Positions 1-8,037 of a stretch of DNA of 10,091 bases are shown piece after piece. The notes below the pieces were generated by a model, which saw nothing but the letters and a program-made list of their open reading frames with translations, was not told the DNA's origin and made no database searches. Origin of the DNA: an uncultured archaeon (GTDB taxonomy: Archaea > Aenigmatarchaeota > Aenigmatarchaeia > GW2011-AR5); the NCBI GenBank assembly GCA_964373695.1, contig CAYJVT010000028.1, forward strand, positions 1 to 10,091. The letters run 5' to 3'. Every line of letters starts with the position of its first letter. Positions within the stretch are counted from its first letter, which is position 1. Made by a program: the position numbers and the translations under genes.

Positions 1-53
1 CCTTTTTATTTCATTGGAGCACTATAGCTGCATGAAAAACTTATTCATGCAAC

Positions 54-61
54 TTATTTAA
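54..61 (+). promoter_or_regulatory. Putative archaeal TATA box for the MFS-enolase unit
   Basis: TTATTTAA ends 20 nt before ATG82, a spacing consistent with a leaderless transcript. Confidence 0.5.
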
Positions 62-81
62 CCCTCCATCATAATCCATAC

Positions 82-1632
82 ATGGTAGCGATGGAACAGA
101 AAATAGACATCCAGAAAGGGATGAAGTACTCTACATATGACGGCATGTTCGCGTCGGCGATGGATGCGTTCACGTCGGCATTCGTCTCCGCGTTTGCGCT
201 CGCGCTGGGCGCCGGAAACCTCGTGATAGGGCTCCTCTCGGCTGCGCCGCAGGTATTGTGGACTGCAAACCAGTTCACCGCGGCATGGGCTGTCGAGAAG
301 ACGGGGCAAAGGAAGAAGATAGTTATATTCACGGCAACCGCCTCAAGGCTGGTGTGGCTTCCTATAGCCTTCCTGCCTTTCATCTTCCCGGACCTCAACA
401 TTCTTATTATACTCGTGTCGCTTTCGACCATGATAGGCGCATTTATCGGGCCTGCGTGGGCGTCCTGGATGGCGGACATAGTGCCGGACGAGATAAGGGG
501 AAGATATTTCAGCAGCAGGAACCGCGCCACGGCTTTTGCGGGCCTTGTCGCGACCATGTCTGCCGGTCTGATTTTGGGGGTGTTTCCGGAAGGCACGACG
601 GGCTTTGTAATCATTTTCGTCATGGGAACTGCCTGCGGCATCCTGTCGTCAATGCTGCTGACAAAGATACCAGAGCCCCCGTATTCGGCACTGAGGACAA
701 GATTCGGCGAAAACCTCAGGCATTCGCTCGGAAACAGGCGGTTCAGGAAATTCATAGTAATATATTTCATATTCAGGTTCGGCGTCATGTTCGGCGCGCC
801 TTTCATGATAGTGGACCTGATAAGCAACATGAACGCCGCTTACATATGGATATCTATAACAGCCGCCGCATCAACCATAGCCGGCATCATGGCGCGGGGC
901 TCAGTTGGGAAAGCGTCGGACCTTTTTGGCCATAGGCCTGTTCTCATTATAGGATGCATAGGCACGTCGCTGACGCCTCTTGGCTGGGCGCTCGCAACGT
1001 CGCCTGAGCACATAATTATTGTCAACATAATAAACGGAATCGCGTGGGCTGCCGCCGACCTCGCGCTGTTCAATTACATGCTTGAAACAAGTCCCAGGGA
1101 GCTGAGGCCCACTTATGCCGCAATTTTCTGGGTTGTCATGGGAGCGGCAGCGATAATAGCGCCTGTAGCAGGCGGCCTCTATGCGGACTATATGACGGGG
1201 ACAGGCGGGGAGCTGCTGGGATTCGAGGGCCTGAAGGCGGTCTTCGTAGTATCGTTTATCCTGCGTCTTGCAGGAGGGCTTCTGTTCTGGAAATTCCTGG
1301 AGGAGGTCGTGGAGAAAAGGGAAAAAGCAAAGACTGCGGAGGTTGCGCAGGAAATGTTCAGGACAGGAATTCACGGCGGCATAAACCAGATGCTGTATAT
1401 GAAGAGCAGCGCGAAAACCACGGCAAAAAGAGTTGGCAGCATAGCGGAAAGCATAGAGAAGGAGCTGAAGGAGGCGGCCGTGGCCGTCGAGGACAAGCTT
1501 GAGGATATTGAGAGGGAAAGAGGGATGGCAAGCGACAGGATTGTCAGGGGGGCGGAGGAGATGGAAAAGAATTTCATGGAAACCGTGGAGAAGCGGAGGG
1601 GGAAAAAGTCTAATAATAAGGAGGGGAAATGA
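82..1632 (+). CDS. Major facilitator superfamily (MFS) transporter with a ~100-aa charged C-terminal tail; substrate unknown
   Basis: 516 aa with about 12 hydrophobic segments in two halves. Motif-A-like loops WAVEKTGQRKK and GKASDLFGHRPV; WMADIVPDEIRGRYF loop. Confidence 0.9.
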   Translation: MVAMEQKIDIQKGMKYSTYDGMFASAMDAFTSAFVSAFALALGAGNLVIGLLSAAPQVLWTANQFTAAWAVEKTGQRKKIVIFTATASRLVWLPIAFLPFIFPDLNILIILVSLSTMIGAFIGPAWASWMADIVPDEIRGRYFSSRNRATAFAGLVATMSAGLILGVFPEGTTGFVIIFVMGTACGILSSMLLTKIPEPPYSALRTRFGENLRHSLGNRRFRKFIVIYFIFRFGVMFGAPFMIVDLISNMNAAYIWISITAAASTIAGIMARGSVGKASDLFGHRPVLIIGCIGTSLTPLGWALATSPEHIIIVNIINGIAWAAADLALFNYMLETSPRELRPTYAAIFWVVMGAAAIIAPVAGGLYADYMTGTGGELLGFEGLKAVFVVSFILRLAGGLLFWKFLEEVVEKREKAKTAEVAQEMFRTGIHGGINQMLYMKSSAKTTAKRVGSIAESIEKELKEAAVAVEDKLEDIERERGMASDRIVRGAEEMEKNFMETVEKRRGKKSNNKEGK

Positions 1633-2855
1633 TTATTATGCGGATAAGAAGCATGCGCGCAAGGGAAGTCCTGGATTCGAGGGGGAACCCTACGGTGGAG
1701 GTCGAGGTGAACGGCGCCAGAGCCATTGTGCCTTCCGGAGTATCGGCCGGGACACACGAGGCGCTTGAACTGAGGGACGGCGGCTCCCGTTACATGGGAA
1801 GGGGGGTGAGTGTGGCAGTTTCAAACGTCAACAAGATAATATCAAAAAAAATAACGGGCAAATCTTTCGCTCAGGCGGAGCTTGACGGGCTGATGCTGAA
1901 GCTCGACGGGACGCCGGACAAGTCGAGGCTGGGGGCCAACGCAATCCTCGGCGTGTCGATGGCGTTCTGCGCCGCGCAAGGCGAGACCTATGAGACGATA
2001 GGAAAGCTTTACGGCGGCAGGTACGTCATGCCTATTCCTTTCATAAATGTGCTTGAAGGCGGGAAGCATGCAGGGAACGGCCTTTCCGTGCAGGAGTTCA
2101 TGGTAGTCCCTTCGGGAGCGAAGAAATTCTCCGATGCGCTGCGCATTGGAAGCGAGATTTATCACATGCTCAGGGACATTATCAAGGAAAAGTACGGGAA
2201 GAACAGCATAAACGTCGGTGATGAAGGCGGCTTCGCCCCACCTCTTGAAAGCACGGAAGACGCCCTGGAGCTTGTGTCGAAATCCATCGAAGAGTCCGGC
2301 CACGGGAAGGAAACCGTGATAGCGCTGGACGCGGCCGCGTCGGAATTCTTTTACGACGGAAGCTACATGATAGACGGCAAGAGCCTTGACGCTGACGAAA
2401 TGATTGACTTTTACAAATCAGTTGTTGCAGGATATCATGTAAGAAGCATCGAGGACCCGTTCCACGAAGATGATTTCGAGTCTTATGCGGAGCTTCTCTC
2501 GTCGTCGCGCATTCAGCTCGTCGGCGACGACCTGACCGTCACAAACCGGGAACGCATACAGAAAGCCGTCGAGAAGAAGTCGTGCAGCTGCCTTCTCCTT
2601 AAAGTGAACCAGGTCGGGACGGTGAGCGAGGCGCTTGGCGCCGCGAAGCTCGTTGCAAAGAACAAGTGGCGCGTCATGGTCTCGCATCGCGGCGGCGACA
2701 CTGAAGACACATTCGTATCGGACCTCGCTGTAGGAATGGGGTGCGGCATGATAAAGTCGGGTGCGCCGTGCCGAGGAGAGCGCACCGCCAAGTACAACCG
2801 TCTTCTGCGGATAGAGGAGCGCCTTCCGAAGGCTAGGTATGGAATAAGAATCTGA
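1629..2855 (+). CDS. eno: Enolase (phosphopyruvate hydratase); start at ATG1629 (ATGA overlap with the MFS stop) or ATG1638
   Basis: AREVLDSRGNPTVEVEV, EALELRDG, QEFM, GDEGGFAP, LDAAASEF, SIEDPF, GDDLTVTN, LLKVNQ, SHR and ERTAKYNRLLRIEE motifs. GGAGGGG at 1620-1626. Confidence 0.97.
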   Translation: MIIMRIRSMRAREVLDSRGNPTVEVEVNGARAIVPSGVSAGTHEALELRDGGSRYMGRGVSVAVSNVNKIISKKITGKSFAQAELDGLMLKLDGTPDKSRLGANAILGVSMAFCAAQGETYETIGKLYGGRYVMPIPFINVLEGGKHAGNGLSVQEFMVVPSGAKKFSDALRIGSEIYHMLRDIIKEKYGKNSINVGDEGGFAPPLESTEDALELVSKSIEESGHGKETVIALDAAASEFFYDGSYMIDGKSLDADEMIDFYKSVVAGYHVRSIEDPFHEDDFESYAELLSSSRIQLVGDDLTVTNRERIQKAVEKKSCSCLLLKVNQVGTVSEALGAAKLVAKNKWRVMVSHRGGDTEDTFVSDLAVGMGCGMIKSGAPCRGERTAKYNRLLRIEERLPKARYGIRI

Positions 2856-2874
2856 CAAAACTGTCTTCGGATTG

Positions 2875-3117
2875 TTATTGTCTCTGCTCTACGAAGAGGA
2901 GTATTATCGCGAGCACGAGGAAAGATATGCCGGTGAACCAGAACAGGTTGAGCAGCGAGGAGAAAAGCCCGGCGCCGAACAGTATGCCTGAAGCAAAAAG
3001 TAGCACTTTTTCCTCGTCGTGTTTGTTGAGGAAGAGTTCGTTCTTGCTTATGTAAGAAGGCGCATGCGGGTGATTCCTTCTTGAAGTCCTTTTCCCTGCA
3101 GATTTTCTCTTTGCCAT
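2875..3117 (-). CDS. Small membrane protein (basic N-terminus, two C-terminal TM helices); function unknown
   Basis: 80 aa. GAGGTG Shine-Dalgarno (3128-3123, minus strand) 5 nt before the ATG, and AAAAAAG-TTATAATT BRE/TATA-like sequence further upstream. Confidence 0.75.
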   Translation of the reverse strand: MAKRKSAGKRTSRRNHPHAPSYISKNELFLNKHDEEKVLLFASGILFGAGLFSSLLNLFWFTGISFLVLAIILLFVEQRQ

Positions 3118-3133
3118 TCGAACACCTCGTAAT

Positions 3134-3196
3134 TCTGCAAAAAAGTATAATTATAACTTTTTTGATATCTTCAAAAGCTCTACTTTTGAAAGATAT
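3134..3196. repeat. Two abutting imperfect palindromes (3138-3164 and 3165-3196); the first overlaps a likely promoter, the second may terminate the gene ending at 3247
   Basis: CAAAAAAG-TATAATTATA-A-CTTTTTTG and ATATC-TTCAAAAG-ctcta-CTTTTGAA-A-GATAT, read directly. Confidence 0.8.
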
Positions 3197-3246
3197 TCCG
3201 TAATTATATTTTGATTGGCTGTATATAAAGATTTAAGAAGAAAATT

Positions 3247-5667
3247 TTAGCTGTTTTCTCTCGCCCGTTCTTCCGCAAATGCGATCTGCCTGTTTATTTC
3301 TCTCTTGATGCGCGATACCCTTTCGGAGGAGATTTCTGCAGAAGTCTCCGAAACGTCTATGGACCCGCTTCCGTCCTGCGAAACCAGCCTGACTCTGTAC
3401 TCAAACTCTTCGGGCTCGATTCTGCCATCATGGTCCCTGTCGTTGAATGAATATTCCTCGTATCTTGTGTAGGTTTTCGAGCCCTCGGTCGTTGTCCCGA
3501 TATTCCTTCTCATAGTAAAGCTGAATTCAAGTGTATTAGAATCCCCCCGACCGCCCTGCGGTATGTAATCTCCATACACCGTTCTTGACATTAAATCTAT
3601 TACAATAATTTCTTCAGTTCTATCGTAATTTGTTATCTCCCAGATTCCATCATAGCTCTGTGGCGTGGAGAACGTCACTTTATACACGCCCCTTTTCACT
3701 CTCTCGAAGAGGCCTCGGATGACAGGGCTTGTCAAGTTGTTTTCATAACTATTAAACTCGACCTCTTCAATCTTGACTCCATCGCCTTCCCTGAGCATGG
3801 ACTTGCATAAAGCTGTTCCATGGTCCATGAATACGCCGACGCTTCCAACATAGACTCCATCATCTCTGCTGTACTCCCTTCCTTCCCCTGGCCTTGAAGA
3901 ATAGTCATCCACCCGGCTGCATACGTAGCATGCACCGTCAGTACGCCTGAGACATGCGCTATCTGTCCACGAACCTGCGCTGCAAAGGGAGCCTTCTGAA
4001 CATCCCCGAAATTCCTGCCCCTTCGGGATTATGCCGTAATCGGTGTAATAAAATTCGTCAAAATTTCTCAGCGAGCCGTCATTTATCGAGGCGATTATCT
4101 GCTCGTCGTTTCCTTGGAGATGCCTTTCCGAATAGATGCGCTCGTCATTAGTATATTTTGCTGCCAGCTCGATAATCCTGCTTTTTTCGACTGCTCTTCG
4201 CATTCTAGGCAGCACTTCTCTTTCATAACGGGCGACCTCCTCTGTATTCAGCTGGCTCTCGCGCATCACTGCCCCTATGAAATTGCTTACAATGCCAGCA
4301 TCAGCGCGCACGCCGGTGTCGCATATGGTGGGGTCTATTATGTCCTGCCTTTCCTGAACCTGCATCCATATTCCGTCAGGCGTGCATGCGAAGCATTTGT
4401 TCCTGTCCTCGCCGTCTCCCATGCGGACGGAGTAGGCCGAGCTGCAGGCCTGTCCTCCCCTCGGTCTCAGTTCAGTTGCTCTTGAAATCGTCAAAGCCTG
4501 CGAAACAGTGGTGCAGAATCCGGAAGTCGCATCGCCAGACCATGTGCATCCGTGCACATCGCCGAGCGTCCTCATGTAGATTCCGTCGCTGCCCTGGCGG
4601 CGCCTGCAATACTCTATTTCAGCGTTGCCGCTCATGCAGTCGCAATAGCTTGAAATTGACAGGCAGTTGTTGGTGGTGTCATCATACATATAAGTCGACC
4701 GTATGGCGGCCACGTCGCTCCTGGTATAATATCTACCGGGAAACGTGCAATAGAGCGGGGAACTCACTCCCCCGGATGCCACGCAACCTTCCGGGCATCC
4801 CTCTTTCCATGCTATGGAATACATACCATCCATCGTGAAATCCCTTGTGAATCCGGGACAATAAGGCTCGTCCATGGAGCCAAAACTGGCCGTCTTGAGC
4901 CTCGCTGTTGGTGATATTGTCGATGGGCCGGAGTTGACGCATTGATTGCTTGCGTCATTCCAGTCGCATCGCAGCCCTTGATAATTTGAATTTCCGCAAT
5001 CATACAATGATGACATCTGGCTGCAGCCGTCAGAAACAGCAAGGCAGAAAGGGTTTTCAATGTCGTCTTTCCAGACGCATCGCACGCCGCTGCTCAATTC
5101 GGGGACCGCATCGCACGCCTCTTTTGTTCTCAACGAGGAGCATGAAGAGGTTGTGTTGAATCCGAACGTCTGTAGCTGCCACCTCCCGCATGAGAGCAAT
5201 GCGCCGTCGGCGCCGCTCTGCTCATTCAGGCATCCGCAGTACCACCTCTCGTTCTTCCACTGGCATGTGTATGCAAGAACGTAGTTGCCGCCGGAAAGAA
5301 GATTTCCAGCCTCCACCGGTATTTCAGCTATCACCTCGTTCGACGACCATCCGGGATATTCCGTGTTGTGGGGGAAGGTGAACTGCCGCCACTGCCTCGC
5401 CCTCGGGTTCCATATGTATCCTGTCGTCCATATGTATGTGCCGCTTGCCGTCACGATAGCTTTGCTGTCCTGGTAGCTGGCGCTGACAAGCGTCTCCCCT
5501 GTCTGGACATCCCACGGCACGGCAGCCCAGGACTGGGCCCATGAGGGCAATCCCTGCGATCGTGAAATCGCGTTGCCTTCCGCCACGAAGTCGGAGTATG
5601 ACGATAGAAAAAGCGTGACGGACAATAAAATAATTATTGCAGCAAGCTCTTTCCGAAAGAAATGCAT
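3247..5667 (-). CDS. Large secreted or surface Cys-rich multidomain protein; function unknown
   Basis: 806-aa ORF with an N-terminal hydrophobic signal/anchor followed by EGNAI, about 32 Cys (manual count) in paired patterns, and a DRDHDGRIEPEEF loop near the C-terminus. Confidence 0.85.
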   Translation of the reverse strand: MHFFRKELAAIIILLSVTLFLSSYSDFVAEGNAISRSQGLPSWAQSWAAVPWDVQTGETLVSASYQDSKAIVTASGTYIWTTGYIWNPRARQWRQFTFPHNTEYPGWSSNEVIAEIPVEAGNLLSGGNYVLAYTCQWKNERWYCGCLNEQSGADGALLSCGRWQLQTFGFNTTSSCSSLRTKEACDAVPELSSGVRCVWKDDIENPFCLAVSDGCSQMSSLYDCGNSNYQGLRCDWNDASNQCVNSGPSTISPTARLKTASFGSMDEPYCPGFTRDFTMDGMYSIAWKEGCPEGCVASGGVSSPLYCTFPGRYYTRSDVAAIRSTYMYDDTTNNCLSISSYCDCMSGNAEIEYCRRRQGSDGIYMRTLGDVHGCTWSGDATSGFCTTVSQALTISRATELRPRGGQACSSAYSVRMGDGEDRNKCFACTPDGIWMQVQERQDIIDPTICDTGVRADAGIVSNFIGAVMRESQLNTEEVARYEREVLPRMRRAVEKSRIIELAAKYTNDERIYSERHLQGNDEQIIASINDGSLRNFDEFYYTDYGIIPKGQEFRGCSEGSLCSAGSWTDSACLRRTDGACYVCSRVDDYSSRPGEGREYSRDDGVYVGSVGVFMDHGTALCKSMLREGDGVKIEEVEFNSYENNLTSPVIRGLFERVKRGVYKVTFSTPQSYDGIWEITNYDRTEEIIVIDLMSRTVYGDYIPQGGRGDSNTLEFSFTMRRNIGTTTEGSKTYTRYEEYSFNDRDHDGRIEPEEFEYRVRLVSQDGSGSIDVSETSAEISSERVSRIKREINRQIAFAEERARENS

Positions 5668-5688
5668 GCATTTACTTGGTAATTAACA

Positions 5689-5702
5689 ATAAAATACTTT
5701 TG
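5689..5702 (-). promoter_or_regulatory. Putative BRE-TATA for the Cys-rich protein gene
   Basis: Minus strand AAAAG-TATTTTAT about 22 nt before ATG5667. Confidence 0.45.
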
Positions 5703-5705
5703 TCT

Positions 5706-7001
5706 TCACGGCACCAGTCTCTGCACGTCCCTTGGGAAAAGAACGGCTTCACGGACATTGGTCAATTCAAGGAGCTGCTTCGTGAGCCTCTCAAATCCAA
5801 TGGAAAATCCCCCATGCGGCGGTATGCCGTATTTAAAGAAATCCGAAAACCATTTGATGTTATCAATGTTCATTTTCTTTATCTTCGCCTGCTCTATTAT
5901 CTTGTCATATCTGTGCTCCCTCTGGCCGCCGGACGAGAGCTCGACTCCCCTGTATATCAGGTCTATGCTTCTTGCCCATTGCGGGTCTTCATCAACACGC
6001 ATGACGTAGAAAGGCTTGACATTGAAAGGGAAACGGTTCACGAAGAAGAAGTCCGATTTGTGCTTCTTCTTCACGTAATCGCCTAGGGCCTTCTCCTCTT
6101 CCGTTCCGTAATCCTGCCCATGCTCGATCTTGAAGCCAAGCCCGTCAAGTATTTCGTATATCTCTGGGAACTCGAGAACAGGAAACTTGTCCGGCACGTC
6201 TATCTTGACGCCGAACATTTCAAGCTCGGCTTCGCAGTCCTTTGCCAGCTTTCTCATGGCGTACTTTACCATTTCCTGCTCCAGACGGATTATGTCGTAC
6301 TCATCTTTTATGAAAGCCATTTCTGCTACGCACGTCCTGTGCTCGCAAAGATGCCTTGTGGTATGCGAAAGTTCAGCCCTCCATGAGGGCCCTACTTCAT
6401 AAATGCGCTCGAAACCTCCGGCTATGGTGAGCTGCCTGTGGAGCTGCGGGTCCTGCCGGAGGAATGCCTCCTTATCATAATATACTACAGGAAAAACTTC
6501 GCTTCCGCTTTCGGCCGCTACGCCCATTATACAGGGCGTGAATATCTGAGTGAATTCTTCCTTCTTGAAGAAATCCTGTATCTCCTGTATCAGCATCGAC
6601 TGTATCCTGAATATGGCCTGGTTGTTTCTGCTTCTGAGGTCAAGAGGCCTGTAGTCAAGCCTTGTGTCAAGATTTGTCTGTATATTGTCATTCATCTCTA
6701 TCGGGATTATGTCGGAAACATTTGCAAGGATCTCGACTGAGCTTGGAACTATCTCAACACCGCCCGGCGAAGCTTTGCTCTCGACAGCCGAACCCTCGAT
6801 GCAGACAACAGACTCTTTCCTGAGATCCTTTATTTTTTCCAGCACCGGATTGCCTTTCTTCGCGGTTACCTGAATCCTGCCCTTCGCATCCCTCAGCAAT
6901 ATGAATGTCAGGTTCCCCAAATCTCTTTTTTCGTCGACCCATCCGGCGATTTTCACGTTCTGGTTCGGCCGGACTTCAGAGGAATAGTGCGTTCGGAGCA
7001 T
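5706..7001 (-). CDS. aspS: Archaeal-type aspartyl-tRNA synthetase, probably non-discriminating (Asp/Asn)
   Basis: MLRTHYS start, OB-fold AGWV..KRDLG...LRD, RLDYRPLDLR, motif 2 GPSWRAELSHTTRHLCE, ELSSGGQREH, motif 3 PPHGGFSIGFERL...FPRD. Confidence 0.96.
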   Translation of the reverse strand: MLRTHYSSEVRPNQNVKIAGWVDEKRDLGNLTFILLRDAKGRIQVTAKKGNPVLEKIKDLRKESVVCIEGSAVESKASPGGVEIVPSSVEILANVSDIIPIEMNDNIQTNLDTRLDYRPLDLRSRNNQAIFRIQSMLIQEIQDFFKKEEFTQIFTPCIMGVAAESGSEVFPVVYYDKEAFLRQDPQLHRQLTIAGGFERIYEVGPSWRAELSHTTRHLCEHRTCVAEMAFIKDEYDIIRLEQEMVKYAMRKLAKDCEAELEMFGVKIDVPDKFPVLEFPEIYEILDGLGFKIEHGQDYGTEEEKALGDYVKKKHKSDFFFVNRFPFNVKPFYVMRVDEDPQWARSIDLIYRGVELSSGGQREHRYDKIIEQAKIKKMNIDNIKWFSDFFKYGIPPHGGFSIGFERLTKQLLELTNVREAVLFPRDVQRLVP

Positions 7002-7046
7002 TTCAGAAAAGTATATTCTACAAATTTAAAGCTATACTTTTTGAAA
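7001..7046. promoter_or_regulatory. aspS promoter (TTTAAA at 7030-7025, minus strand) bracketed by a 14-bp bulged inverted repeat
   Basis: TTTCA-G-AAAAGTATA (7001-7015), 17 nt, TATACTTTT-TGAAA (7033-7046). The TATA lies about 24 nt upstream of the ATG. Confidence 0.65.
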
Positions 7047-7089
7047 TCAAAGTCTTCTTAATTATGAAAGACGCGAAGACTTATGATTT
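7044..7089. repeat. Bulged inverted repeat related to hairpin A of the 9917-10028 cassette
   Basis: AAATCAAAGTCTTC, 17 nt, GAAGACTT-A-TGATTT. The arms ATCAAAGTC...GACTTATGAT match the reverse complement of 9917-9946 (ATCAAAGTC...GACTTGTGAT). Confidence 0.75.
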
Positions 7090-7090
7090 T

Positions 7091-7360
7091 TCACACCAGG
7101 ACATTGTAGAATATGGTCCATACGACGAACCAAGTAAAAATGCAGACCACCATCCCGTTGCCGAGCCACCATTTCATGTCCTTCTTTTCCTTGACAACGC
7201 GCTGCATGAGAAGCCATCCGGCTCCCAGGAAAACCAGCATTATTATGACGGAAAGCACGTTGCTTCTCGAAAGGAACGATGCGTATCCGGCGATCACGCC
7301 GAGAACCATGAAAGAAAGGGTCGTTCTCAGCTCCGCATCAAAATACTTTTTCAAATCCAT
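7091..7360 (-). CDS. Small 3-TM membrane protein resembling the archaeal EMC6-like family
   Basis: 89 aa with three hydrophobic helices. The C-terminal KWWLGNGMVVCIFTWFVVWTIFYN pattern resembles archaeal EMC6-like proteins (from recall, not searched). Starts 4 nt downstream of the rnhB stop. Confidence 0.65.
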   Translation of the reverse strand: MDLKKYFDAELRTTLSFMVLGVIAGYASFLSRSNVLSVIIMLVFLGAGWLLMQRVVKEKKDMKWWLGNGMVVCIFTWFVVWTIFYNVLV

Positions 7361-7364
7361 TATA

Positions 7365-8015
7365 TCACTTCACGAAACTGCCAAGCTTTTTCTGCTGCTT
7401 CTCGCGCATCATCTCGCCGGCGGTCATCCAGCTCTTTCGCACGTCTGCCGGGAACTCTTTATTCATTTTAATCCAATTCTTTAAAAAGACGGTGGTGCGC
7501 TCGTCGCTCGTATACCCGCTGCCGAAATTCCCGTACACCCTGTGGAGCTTCCTTATCTCACTGTCCCTCGTCACCTTCGCCATGACGGAAGCGGCGCTGA
7601 CCTCCGGATATTTCCTGTCAGCATAGTTCTCGGAGACTATCTCGACAGACTTTTTATCGAGGCCTTTCCTTATCTTCTCGGAGAACCTTTTCACGTTAAC
7701 CTCAGGCGAGTCTATGACAACGCGCCCCGCGTCCACGGAGTTTATTATCTCATGCATCTTCCGTATCTCCAGTTTGTTCAGATTGTCCGACGAATCGATT
7801 TCACTGGCAGGGACCTGTATGATTCTGACATCGGACGCTATTTTCTTCAGCCGTGAGAACATCTCCTTCCTCTGCTCTCTTGTAAGAAGTTTCGAGTCCT
7901 TCGCGCCGGCCTTCTTCAGTCGGGGGATTTTTTCCTCTTCCACAAGATAGCCGCATATGACAAGAGGGCCGATGACAGGGCCTCTGCCGGACTCATCAAT
8001 GCCAAGAACTTTCAT
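7365..8015 (-). CDS. rnhB: Ribonuclease HII
   Basis: GIDESGRGPVIGPL, DSK, VIDS, ADRKYPEVSAASVMAKVTRD and GSGYTSD motifs. Confidence 0.96.
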   Translation of the reverse strand: MKVLGIDESGRGPVIGPLVICGYLVEEEKIPRLKKAGAKDSKLLTREQRKEMFSRLKKIASDVRIIQVPASEIDSSDNLNKLEIRKMHEIINSVDAGRVVIDSPEVNVKRFSEKIRKGLDKKSVEIVSENYADRKYPEVSAASVMAKVTRDSEIRKLHRVYGNFGSGYTSDERTTVFLKNWIKMNKEFPADVRKSWMTAGEMMREKQQKKLGSFVK

Positions 8016-8037
8016 ACGGAATAAATTAGATGCGTCG

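Noticed and set aside
69-830. 253-aa antisense ORF and other shadow ORFs over the MFS, enolase, aspS, rnhB and Cys-rich genes
   Set aside because: They overlap well-supported genes on the opposite strand or in another frame and show no recognisable motifs.
4386-4396. ATGC-GAA-GCAT mini-hairpin inside the Cys-rich gene
   Set aside because: Only a 4-bp stem with no bulge or basal stem; expected by chance, as are other short GCGAAGC hits in CDSs.
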